This document shows positions 1-7,781 of a stretch of DNA of 41,144 nucleotides, piece after piece. The stretch is from the NCBI GenBank assembly GCA_003153215.1, contig PLXL01000061.1, forward strand, positions 1-41,144, given 5' to 3'. The first letter of the stretch is position 1. The number at the start of each line of letters is the position of its first letter. Position numbers and translations under genes: made by a program. The notes beneath the pieces were generated by a model. The model saw only the letters and a program-made list of their open reading frames with translations, was not told the DNA's origin and ran no database searches. The stretch is from Candidatus Dormiibacterota bacterium. GTDB taxonomy: Bacteria > Chloroflexota > Dormibacteria > Aeolococcales > Aeolococcaceae.

Positions 1-2
1 TG

Positions 3-701
3 GTGGAACCAGCGTTCACCACCTGGGCGGTGCAGTTCGCCGCCAGCCCGCTGGTGGTCGCTTACTACCCTCAGGGCCCCTACGCCCCAGAGCTGAAGAA
101 GATCTCCGAGGGCAAGCTGCCCATCACCGACCTCTTCACCCTGATGGCGACCCCCGGCTTCAAGCTCGGCCGCACTGACCCGGCGCTGGACTCTCAGGGC
201 CAGGGCTTTGTCGAGATGGTCGGCCTGGCGGAAAAGTACCTCGGGATCAGCGCGGCCACTGCAAACGCCGTTCTGGGCGGATCCGACGACAGCTCGCAGA
301 TCTTCTCGGAGACCGCGCTGGAGCCTACCTTGCAGGCGGGCGAGCTGGACGCCGCCAGCGCCTACCTCCCCCAGGCGGTCCAGCTTGGTCTTCCCTACGT
401 CGCCCTTCCGGACCAGATCAACTTCGGTGACCCCAGCGACGCCTCGATCTATGAGTCGGCCTCGATGACGCTCTCGACCGGTACGGTGGTCAATGGCTCC
501 CTGCTCGATCTCGAAGCCTCCGTGCTGAGCACGGCGAGCAATCCCGCCACCCCGGCCGCCACGGCTTTCGTGGAATTCCTGCTCAGTTCCACAGCGCGCA
601 GCATCCTCAAGAGTGAGGGCTATACGCCGCTGCCTCCCACGCTGCTGGGTCAGGCATCGGCCGCTCCTCAACGGATACGGGATCTCACCACAAGCAGTTG
701 A
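3..701 (+). CDS. ABC-transporter periplasmic substrate-binding protein, C-terminal part (5' end outside window); molybdate/tungstate/sulfate-type family, substrate not assignable
   Basis: Open frame from the window edge to TGA 699-701. The stop overlaps the start of the downstream permease. Same-strand permease and ATPase follow. Soluble SBP-like composition. Confidence 0.6.
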   Translation: MEPAFTTWAVQFAASPLVVAYYPQGPYAPELKKISEGKLPITDLFTLMATPGFKLGRTDPALDSQGQGFVEMVGLAEKYLGISAATANAVLGGSDDSSQIFSETALEPTLQAGELDAASAYLPQAVQLGLPYVALPDQINFGDPSDASIYESASMTLSTGTVVNGSLLDLEASVLSTASNPATPAATAFVEFLLSSTARSILKSEGYTPLPPTLLGQASAAPQRIRDLTTSS

Positions 702-1516
702 CCAATCCGCCAGCTTCGATGGCGATGCACGGCGCCGGCGTGAGGGTGAGCACCGGCGCCGCAGTGATCGGAGCGCTGATCGTCTGGGTGGCTCTGCTGG
801 GGCCGTTCATCACCCTGCTGGCCCACCTCACCCCGGCTTCCGTGATGAGCGCCCTGAGCCAACCGGGCGCCTTCCAACCGCTGCTCACCTCGGTGACGGC
901 CTCGCTGGTAGCTCTGGCGGTAATCCTGCTGCTCGGCACTCCGCTCGCCTACCTGATGGCCCGAGGCCGGCTGCCCTTTCCCCGGGTCTGGGAGGCCGGT
1001 GTGATCCTGCCGCTGCTCACCCCGCCGCTCGTGATCGGCCTGCTGTTGATCTTCATGGTCGGGCCGGCCACCCCCATCGGGGCTGCCCTCAGCCACCTCA
1101 ACCTGACCGCCTCGGACACCTTCTTCGCCCTGGTCGTGGCCGAGGTCTACGAGTCAGTGCCCTTCTACGTCCTGGGCGCCATGGCCGCCTTCGCCACGGT
1201 CGATCCAGCGCTGGAACAGGCCGCGGCACTTCTGGGAGATGGCCGCTGGCGCACCTGGCGGCGGGTGACCGTGCCGCTGGCCGCTCCCGGTCTGGCCAAC
1301 GCGCTGGCGGTGACCTGGGCCAGGGCCATGGGCGCCTTCGGCGCGGTCCTCATCATCGCCTACCACCCGTTCGGCCTCCCCATGCAGATCTGGGTCACGC
1401 TGCAGGAGACGGGGCTCAGCTCAGCCCTGCCGTACGCCCTAGTGCTGCTGGTCGTGGCCCTGCCCCTGCCGGTCACGGCCTACATCTGGAGTGCCCATGC
1501 TCGTCGCCGACTTTGA
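698..1516 (+). CDS. ABC transporter permease (CysT/ModB-type binding-protein-dependent inner-membrane component)
   Basis: 272-aa ORF with several hydrophobic helices and an EAA-type loop (LEQAAALLGDGRWRTWRRVTVPLAAPGL). Overlaps both neighbouring genes. An alternative ATG lies at 719. Confidence 0.85.
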   Translation: MTNPPASMAMHGAGVRVSTGAAVIGALIVWVALLGPFITLLAHLTPASVMSALSQPGAFQPLLTSVTASLVALAVILLLGTPLAYLMARGRLPFPRVWEAGVILPLLTPPLVIGLLLIFMVGPATPIGAALSHLNLTASDTFFALVVAEVYESVPFYVLGAMAAFATVDPALEQAAALLGDGRWRTWRRVTVPLAAPGLANALAVTWARAMGAFGAVLIIAYHPFGLPMQIWVTLQETGLSSALPYALVLLVVALPLPVTAYIWSAHARRRL

Positions 1517-2462
1517 AGTAGCCCGACGAGAGTTCAGCGTCCGGGTCGATCTCCAGGTGCCGCCCGGAGAACGGGTGGCGCTGCTGGGCCGCTCCGGTGC
1601 GGGCAAGACCACCACGGTGGAGGCGCTGGCGGGGCTGCTGCGGCTGACCCGTGGCGAGATTCGCCTCGGGCAGCGACGGCTCAGCTCGGCCAGCTTCCCG
1701 ATCGCCGACCTGCCCCCGGGGCGGCGCGGAGTCGGCCTGCTGCGCCAGGACCCGGGGATCTTCCCGCACCTCACGGTGCTGCAGAACATCGGCTACGCGC
1801 CGGGAGCCGACCCGGCCGCAGCCCGGGTCGCCGGGGAGAGGCTGGGACTGGGAGCTCTCTTGGGAGCCCGACCCCGGGGTCTCTCCGGCGGCGAGGCCCA
1901 GCGTGTGTCCCTGGCCCGGGCGCTCCAGACCAAGGTGGATCTGCTCTGCCTGGACGAGCCCTTCAACTCCCTGGACCGTCCCCTCGGCCTGGAGCTGCTC
2001 GACCTGCTGCGCCGCGAACTGGAGGGTTCCGCCACCTCCGCCATCCTGGTCACCCACCAGCTGGAGGAGGCCCAGGCCTTTGCCCACCGCTTGGCCGTTC
2101 TCCACCGCGGCGAGATCCTCCAGGTGGGCGACCCCCGCGAGCTGGTGCTGCGACCGGCCAGCCGCGAGGTCGCCGAGCTGGTGGGCTATCGGGGCTGGCT
2201 CAGCTTCGGCGCTCAGACCATGGCCCTGCACCCCGACCGGGTGTATCCGGTCGGCGCTGAGGATGGCGGGGGGATCTCGGCACGGGTGGTCCAGATAGTC
2301 CCCCAGGGAGCGAGGATCGAGCTCGAGCTCGAAGCTGAGGGGCGCTGGCGAGGACGATTCCGCTGTCGGTCGAACCGATCAGCGACGATCGGCGAGCTGA
2401 TGTACTTCGCTGCCCCCGGAGCCCCGATCTTCCCCACCGCCGAGGAGGTGGAGCCTGGCTGA
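1491..2462 (+). CDS. ABC transporter ATP-binding protein with C-terminal TOBE-like extension (ModC/CysA-like)
   Basis: Walker A GRSGAGKTT, signature LSGGEAQRV, Walker B LLCLDEP. About 90 aa of extra C-terminal domain. Overlaps the permease stop. An alternative ATG lies at 1497. Confidence 0.9.
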   Translation: MPMLVADFEVARREFSVRVDLQVPPGERVALLGRSGAGKTTTVEALAGLLRLTRGEIRLGQRRLSSASFPIADLPPGRRGVGLLRQDPGIFPHLTVLQNIGYAPGADPAAARVAGERLGLGALLGARPRGLSGGEAQRVSLARALQTKVDLLCLDEPFNSLDRPLGLELLDLLRRELEGSATSAILVTHQLEEAQAFAHRLAVLHRGEILQVGDPRELVLRPASREVAELVGYRGWLSFGAQTMALHPDRVYPVGAEDGGGISARVVQIVPQGARIELELEAEGRWRGRFRCRSNRSATIGELMYFAAPGAPIFPTAEEVEPG

Positions 2463-2469
2463 GGAACGC

Positions 2470-2621
2470 AGAGCGGGCGGGCCGTCCGCCGCCGTTTCGA
2501 CGCCGCCGCTATCGAGTCGACGCCGGAGACCCGCCGCAGCTACCGGGAGTTGCTCTTCGCCACCCGGGGATCGAAGAGTTTGTCAGCGGGGTGGTCCTCT
2601 ACGACGAGACGATCCGTCAGC
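2470..2621 (+). pseudogene. Remnant (~50 codons) of a class I fructose-bisphosphate aldolase
   Basis: Frame of 2491 reads RFDAAAIESTPETRRSYRELLFAT. After a 1-nt loss in a C/G run near 2565-2570, the next frame reads (P)GIEEFVSGVVLYDETIRQ. This matches the conserved NRRxYRELLFTTPG..ISGVILYDETxxQ block of class I aldolases. No start and no remainder are present. Confidence 0.5.
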
Positions 2622-2622
2622 C

Positions 2623-2928
2623 TCAGAGCTCCCTCTCCCCTAGCCCGGCGGCGCAGCCGCGGCGATGCTGGCCCACGGCTCCGCATTCCGGGCAGACCAG
2701 ATGGGCCCAGCAGGCGGGGTCCCCGCCCTCAGCTCGGACATCGGCCTCCGCTCGCTCCGCCATCGCACTGCTGAGGCTGGGCTGAACTGTCTCGGCATCG
2801 AGCGCCCGCTTGATCTCCGGGTAGGCGTCGCTGAGGCAACAGGGGCAGGCTCGGTACCAGCGACGCATGCCTTCGTCGATGACCACTTCCATCGATCGGA
2901 CCTCCTGATGTCCTCTTGCGCTCTTCAT
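2623..2928 (-). CDS. Small Cys-rich hypothetical protein (possible zinc ribbon)
   Basis: 101-aa ORF with CPCC near the N-terminus and CW-x5-CPEC near the C-terminus. The internal start MEVVIDEG at 2892 is more plausible. No family recognised. Confidence 0.4.
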   Translation of the reverse strand: MKSARGHQEVRSMEVVIDEGMRRWYRACPCCLSDAYPEIKRALDAETVQPSLSSAMAERAEADVRAEGGDPACWAHLVCPECGAVGQHRRGCAAGLGEREL

Positions 2929-3061
2929 CCACCATCCCTCCTATCCCTGCGGCACTGCACCCCGTCACTGCTCCGCTCAGCGATCACAGGCTGCCCGGCG
3001 CGCGCCGCGCCGTCGCCCCCGCGGACCGAGGCGACTGCACCGCGGCGGTGGGCCACGTCTA

Positions 3062-3396
3062 TCACAAGGTGTGGTGCCCCGCGATCGTGGCGGTGAGGTA
3101 CGGATCCCGCTGCCACCCCCCTCCGTTCCCGGTCCCTCTCTCGAGATGCAGCCGCACGGCCTTGGCCGCCGCACGGAGATAGTCGGGATTACTGGGCGCG
3201 GTTTCGGCCCGCCACCAGGCGAGCTCCACAAAGTCGATACACTGATCGCGGGTGCCGGCGAACTCCAATCCGCCATCGAAGTCGACGACGCGACACGGGG
3301 CCTCGCCCCCTCCTGCGAGATGCTGCCGTGGCTCCGATGGATGGCCTCTCGCGCCAGCTCTCCCGGCCTCGGCTCGAAGACGTGGTAGCTCTGCAT
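3062..3396 (-). pseudogene. Hypothetical ~110-aa protein split by a frameshift in a G run
   Basis: MQSYHVFEPRPGELAREAIHRSHGSISQEG (frame of ORF 2977..3396) continues as GEAPCRVVDFDGGLEFAGTRDQCIDFVELAWWRAETAPSNPDYL... (frame of ORF 3062..3535). The frames switch at the GGGGG run near 3305-3315. No family recognised. Confidence 0.25.
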
Positions 3397-3665
3397 CGCA
3401 CACGAACCTCATCGAAGCGGAATGGTGGGGGTGGGTGCGATCGGGATCGGCACCGGTGCCAGCTGCCCCGCGGGTCCGAACCTGACCCGTGGGCCACCGC
3501 CTTGTCCTGAAAGGGCTCGCCAGAGGCGGCCCCACGCCGACCGGCGAGGCCGTCGCCGAGGACGCCGCGGCCCTTCGGTACCGGCTTCCTGGAGCCGGGC
3601 CGCGTCGTCACCGAGCACCTGCCGCCTCATCGTGCCCTCTCTGGCAGCCTCATCGCTAGACACGC

Positions 3666-4187
3666 TCAGCCAACCTCCACGTGCACCAGGGATGCCGGAA
3701 TCACCGAGACTCCACCCACCTCGTAGCGGATGTCGCTGCACAGCGCCTTCCCAATGAAACAGTGGTCGCGGGCCGTGCGCGCAGTCCCTGTACTCCTGCT
3801 CCCGGTTCGGCTCCTCTGAGCGGATGGTGGGGTGGACCACGACCTGGGAGAAGCGCGCCCCGGCACCCGGATAGTCACTGACCGTGCCCGTCGCCCGCAA
3901 CATCACCTGCTCGGCCGGGAGCCCGTCGCGCACCAGCAGATGAAGAGGGTGCCGGAGTAGCAGGACGCGACGGCGGAGACCAGAAGCTCCTCCGGACTGC
4001 TGCCGACCCCGCGGCCACCCATGCTCTCCGGTGCCGAGAACACCACCCGCTGCTGGCCGGTGGTGAGGACCCCGGCCCCGGCCCGCTGCGGTCCCCTCCA
4101 GGTCGCCTGCGACTCGAAGGTCAACTGAGGCCATGCTCTGCACCGGGACAACCCCAATGAACCTTTATTGATGGTCACTGCCATCAT
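3666..4187 (-). pseudogene. OsmC/Ohr-family peroxiredoxin-like gene disrupted by two frameshifts
   Basis: Segment 1: ...VVFSAPESMGGRGVGSSPEELLVSAVASCYSGTL (ORF 3903..4187). Segment 2: HLLVRDGLPAEQVMLRATGTVSDYPGAGARFSQVVVHPTI (second frame). Segment 3: ARDHCFIGKALCSDIRYEVGGVSV (ORF 3666..3878). Read in order they give a typical OsmC layout. Confidence 0.6.
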
Positions 4188-4373
4188 AATACCCCTTGCC
4201 TGCGATTGTCGTCAACTCGTTCGGGAGCTTGGATCGTGGTCGCCGCCCGGGCGCGGCTCCTTCTCCCTGTGGTGGCGATCGCCACCCTGGCGGTGGTCCT
4301 CATCGACCTCGCCGCCGTCCTCAGCAGCCTCCTGGTGGGGCGGGGCATCCCCACTCTCAGCGGCGGCTGGGTT

Positions 4374-4526
4374 GTAAACCCTCACCGAAGTGTCAGTGGA
4401 AACCGCACGGTGATGTCAGCGGAAAGCCGCCCGGAAATGTCAGTAGCGTCTGATCCTGAACGCCAGTATGGCGACTACTGACGTTTTGGCTGGTGTTTTC
4501 GTACTGACATTCCCGTGCGGGTTTAC
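4374..4526. repeat. Convergent array of five 23-24-nt iteron-like repeats (three tandem direct, a 32-nt spacer, two inverted)
   Basis: R1 4374-4397 GTAAACCCTCACCGAAGTGTCAGT. R2 4398-4420 GGAAACCGCACGGTGATGTCAGC. R3 4421-4444 GGAAAGCCGCCCGGAAATGTCAGT. R4 4477-4500 and R5 4503-4526 are reverse complements (GAAAACACCAGCCAAAACGTCAGT and GTAAACCCGCACGGGAATGTCAGT). Confidence 0.85.
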
Positions 4527-4638
4527 ACCCACGTCACGGAGAAGCGACGGACCATGCTCCCGAGCGACCGGGTGGCAGGATGTCGCCGTGCAACAAGCGG
4601 GTGACCCGCATGGGCCTCTCGGCCCGGCAGGTGGCGAG

Positions 4639-5112
4639 ATGTCGAAGGTGAGCACAGCTAGGGGTCCCGCAGGTCCACCGGGGCCGTGGCAACTCACCGT
4701 GACTCGGCGGGTGATCTTCGTCGAGGCTGCGGTGTGTGCTCTCCTCTCGGCCTACCTCCTGTGGGGGGCGGTCATCGCACTCTCTCCCGAGAGCCTCTTC
4801 GCCGTCGCCAATGGGGGGACCGGTCCGCAGTTGCTCTTCCTCTGGGGTGGGGGGCTTGCCGCTGCGACGGCCGTGCTCCTCGTGGCTGGCGTGGCACTGT
4901 TCCGCTGGCGGGCGGCGTACGGCGCTGCTGTGGGCATTCAAGGAGCGTTCCTACTCGCAGTCGCGCGCGTGACGGGGGTACACCCGGATGGCACGGCGGC
5001 CTTCATCGCGCTCGTCGCGGTGGTTGTCTTTGCCGCGGAGCTCGCCCTGCTGCTGACGCCAGCGGCCCGCCGGGCGGTCACGTATCGACCAGGGGTGACC
5101 CGGAGATTCTGA
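4639..5112 (+). CDS. Small integral membrane protein (about 4 TM helices), function unknown
   Basis: ATG at 4639 is preceded by AGGTGG. Hydrophobic helices include VIFVEAAVCALLSAYLLWGAVIAL, LLFLWGGGLAAATAVLLVAGVALF and AAFIALVAVVVFAAELALLLT. The N-terminal extension of the 214-aa track ORF is not protein-like. Confidence 0.6.
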   Translation: MSKVSTARGPAGPPGPWQLTVTRRVIFVEAAVCALLSAYLLWGAVIALSPESLFAVANGGTGPQLLFLWGGGLAAATAVLLVAGVALFRWRAAYGAAVGIQGAFLLAVARVTGVHPDGTAAFIALVAVVVFAAELALLLTPAARRAVTYRPGVTRRF

Positions 5113-5261
5113 GGGTCCCCTATCCGCGCGGCCTCGGCGAACGGCTGCCGCATGCGCTGTACGGGCCAGCACGACCCAACTGCGCTAAATTGCAGTTTAG
5201 CTCTGTTATTGACAACCTCGCGTCCCCACCCCCCGCCTATGAGCGGGCGAGCTCCGGTCCT

Positions 5262-5703
5262 TGACCCCGACATGGCGCACTCTCACTGGCCAGCAGACGC
5301 TTCTCTATGAGCCCTCCACTCTCCCTGATTGTCCGCACCGACGACAGGCTTTACCGCGCCTACCTTCTCAAGGAGCAACTCCGACAGGTTTTCCGACCGC
5401 GCGGGCGGGGGCCGTGGCACTCATCCACGACTGGCTCGTCTGTGCCCGCCGCTCTCGCATCCCCGCCTTCGTCAAACTCGTCGCGTCCATCACCGCGCAT
5501 CGTGCCGACATCGAGGCGAGGGTCACCCATGAGCTATCTAACGCCAGAGTCGAGTCCGTCAAGACCAAGCTCCGCTTGCTCACCCGGCTCGCCTTCGGGT
5601 TCCGCTCCGCCGACGCCCTCATCGCTCTGGCCATGCTAAGCCTAGGCGGTCTCTGGGCGCCGCTTCCAGGCCGCTGCTGACCCACGGATGCGTCACAAGA
5701 GCC
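5262..5703 (+). mobile_element. ISL3-family IS remnant (internally deleted, frameshifted transposase 3' part plus right inverted repeat)
   Basis: DDRLYRAYLLKEQLRQVF (frame of 5307) and LIHDWLVCARRSRIPAFVKLVASITAHRADIEARVTHELSNARVESVKTKLRLLTRLAFGFRSADALIALAMLSLGG (frame of 5261) are typical ISL3 C-terminal blocks. The reverse complement of 5681-5703 is GGCTCTTGTGACGCATCCGTGGG, an ISL3-type IR start (GGCTCTT). Confidence 0.7.
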
Positions 5704-5860
5704 GGAAAAACCGAGTACCCAGCAGTCGCTGGCGCTGACGCAGGTCACGCCGTGGAACCCCGTGTCCCTGGCGGCCTACCGATCCTCAGGCATCCGCATT
5801 CACGCGTTCTGAAGTGGGGACCAGGCGAGCCGGGAGGATGTCCTTGCCCACGGCCGTCGG

Positions 5861-6157
5861 CTACCCAACGCCCCCTCCCCGTGTGCGCACGCCGATGCCA
5901 GAGCGAGCACCGCGGGCGAGGGTGAGCTTGAGACCGCTCAACCCTGAAACGAGCCCGAGCGTGGCCGCGTTGGCGGCGATGATGGCCGGGTCGCCACGAC
6001 CGACACCGTAGAAAACCCAGGCCACGATGCCGACGGTGAGGGTGCCGAGGTAGACCCAGCTGATGTCGGCCGCCGACCGAGTCCGGATGGTTCGGAGCAC
6101 CTGGGGCAGCCAGCATGCCGTGGTGAGTGCGCCGGCGACGAAACCCAGTGCCTCCAT
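5861..6157 (-). CDS. SemiSWEET (PQ-loop, three-TM sugar transporter half-unit)
   Basis: 98 aa starting at ATG 6157: MEALGFVAGALTTACWLPQVLRTIRTRSAADISWVYLGTLTVGIVAWVFYGVGRGDPAIIAANAATLGLV... It has the conserved LPQ motif, three TM helices and close resemblance to characterised bacterial SemiSWEETs. Confidence 0.8.
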   Translation of the reverse strand: MEALGFVAGALTTACWLPQVLRTIRTRSAADISWVYLGTLTVGIVAWVFYGVGRGDPAIIAANAATLGLVSGLSGLKLTLARGARSGIGVRTRGGGVG

Positions 6158-6176
6158 GGCGCGCTCGAGGATATCA

Positions 6177-6785
6177 TCATGGCAGAGTGCAGTGATCCTC
6201 AGATCCGACGAGAAGGTTGCGCAGCCCCGACGTCTTGCCGCAGCGGATGCGGTCCTCGACCCGGGCGTGGGCGCGGTGACGCGCCTCCAGCGCCGCCAGA
6301 TCGGTGTCAGCTTGGTCGGTGATGAACACCTGAAAGCGAAACCCGTCGTGATCGGTGAAGGAGAGCTGAGCGCCGGGATGGGGCCGCTCACGCCGGCAGA
6401 TGGCCCGGCTAGCGGTGGGCCAGGCGCTGAGTCGAGATCGTGCAGCTCGCAGACGGCGGCACCGTCACGGGGGTCGCCGTCCTGGGTGATCGCGGGCACC
6501 CAGGTGTCCGGGGAAACCGCAAGCAGGCACGCGAACTCCCGAGACAGCGCCGCGGTCAGCCCGACGCGGTCGGCCAGCTCAATCAGCAGGTAGCTGCCGG
6601 CGTGGGAAACCACGCCGTCGCCGTCCGTCGTCACCACCGGCCGTGGCCGCTTGGTAGCCTTCACCTTGAAAGGCCCCCTCTTCGGGATTCTCGAGCGTCG
6701 ACAACCCGAGTATCCCTTGTCAGGTGGGGCACTTTCTCCTTCCCGACCAGCGCGCCCGGCTACCTCGGTGAAAGATCGAGGCTAG
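6177..6785 (-). mobile_element. IS1380-family IS remnant (N-terminal ~60 codons fused to an internal fragment; 3' part missing)
   Basis: MKATKRPRPVVTTDGDGVVSHAGSYLLIELADRVGLTAALS starts at 6664. A second frame (about 6360-6180) reads HPGAQLSFTDHDGFRFQVFITDQADTDLAALEARHRAHARVEDRIRCGKTSGLRNL, the classic IS1380 block. The upstream non-coding end runs to 6785. Confidence 0.7.
6754..6785 (+). repeat. 32-nt repeat copy A (outer end of the IS1380 remnant)
   Basis: GCCCGGCTACCTCGGTGAAAGATCGAGGCTAG is the exact reverse complement of 19650-19681. Confidence 0.9.
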
Positions 6786-6952
6786 GCTTCAAGGACTCGT
6801 ACGAGCCCGGCTGGTTGGGGCGAACCACCGGTACCGCACCTCCGCCCAGGGTCCGCTGCCACCCATCACGGACCACCCGCAGAACTCCCCACCTAATCCC
6901 TGCCATCGCCCACGTTCCAGTGCCCAACAACAAGTCGGGAGCGGGTAGGCGC

Positions 6953-6982
6953 TTGACTCCCCCAGTTGCGACCAACTAGTAT
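6953..6982 (+). promoter_or_regulatory. Candidate sigma-70-type promoter for the SDR gene
   Basis: TTGACT (6953-6958), 18-nt spacer, TAGTAT (6977-6982), about 65 nt upstream of ATG 7047. Consensus match only. Confidence 0.4.
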
Positions 6983-7046
6983 CTGGTCAGACTAGAAGAC
7001 GGGCCTACTTTCGGTACTGTTGTTGCAATCAGTCTGATGGGAGTCG

Positions 7047-7781
7047 ATGGTGGCAGAATGGCGTGACTTGGATGGCGCAGTTGTCGCGATCACTGGGGCT
7101 AGTTCCGGTATCGGAGCCGCTACGGCACGCGAGTTGGTTTCGGCCGGAGCGCGGGTGGTGGTAACAGCAAGACGCGAACAGCGGCTAAAGGACCTTTGTG
7201 ACGAACTAGGACACGACACCTCAGTAGCGCTGGTTGGCGACATTCGAGAGCCGGCCGTGAGCGAGCGCCTGGTGAAGCTAGCAGTTGACCGTTTTGGTAC
7301 GCTGGACAGCCTGGTTGCGAATGCTGGCGCCGGAATGTATGGCGGTATCCTAGACCATGACGACGCCACCCTCGCGGCTATGGTCCAGACCAACCTCTTA
7401 GGCACGGTGTGGCCGATTCGTTCGGCAGTCCGGGAGTTCCGCCGCCGTAGCGGTGGTGACGTTGTGATCGTTGCCTCGGTCGCAGGGTTCCGCGGAGACT
7501 CCAATGAGGCCGTGTATGCCGCCACCAAGTTTGCCCAGATTGGTCTGGCGGGTTCGCTCGATCGTGAAGTCCGAACCGAGGGGATCCGGGTCACTGCGGT
7601 CTGCCCCGCCGGCGTAAACACCGAGTTTGCACTGGGGGTCGGTCGGAGCGTCGGGGATCCGGACCTCGATCAGATGCTACAGCCTGCTGACGTCGCCGCC
7701 GCCATCCTCACAGTTCTCCGTCAGCCGCGGCGACTACGCACCAGCGCGTGGACCATCTACTCGATGTCCGAGGGCTCCTGA
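7047..7781 (+). CDS. Short-chain dehydrogenase/reductase (SDR) family oxidoreductase
   Basis: VAITGASSGIGAATAREL Rossmann motif, NAG, and a YAATK catalytic Tyr/Lys motif. Typical 244-aa length. Confidence 0.9.
   Translation: MVAEWRDLDGAVVAITGASSGIGAATARELVSAGARVVVTARREQRLKDLCDELGHDTSVALVGDIREPAVSERLVKLAVDRFGTLDSLVANAGAGMYGGILDHDDATLAAMVQTNLLGTVWPIRSAVREFRRRSGGDVVIVASVAGFRGDSNEAVYAATKFAQIGLAGSLDREVRTEGIRVTAVCPAGVNTEFALGVGRSVGDPDLDQMLQPADVAAAILTVLRQPRRLRTSAWTIYSMSEGS

Noticed and set aside
4206-4481. 91-aa ORF (plus strand) covering the iteron array; also the antisense ORF 4440..4697
   Set aside because: The reading frames are generated by the repeats themselves (VNPHRSVSG / GVNPHGNVS reflect the inverted copies). 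There is no RBS and no protein-like C-terminus.
4374-4526. CRISPR interpretation of the 24-nt repeats
   Set aside because: The direct copies abut without spacers, there are only five copies, two are inverted, and no cas genes are in the window.
5183-5220. Hairpin GCTAAA-ttgcag-TTTAGC, and AGCTCTGTTATTGAC as a possible left IR of the ISL3 remnant
   Set aside because: Similarity to the right IR (GGCTCTTGTGAC...) is weak, and the flanking 8-mers (tgcagttt vs ggaaaaac) do not form a target duplication. The AT-only 6-bp stem is too weak to call a terminator.
5861-6664. Single 267-aa protein as given in the ORF track
   Set aside because: It is a chimeric read-through. The N-terminal 40 aa are IS1380 transposase, the middle is an out-of-frame translation of IS1380 DNA, and the last 98 aa are a complete SemiSWEET with its own ATG.
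6786-7046. Possible tRNA or att site next to the IS1380 end
   Set aside because: No cloverleaf-compatible stems or conserved T-loop (GTTCGAATC-like) sequence was seen. The region is better explained by the SDR promoter.
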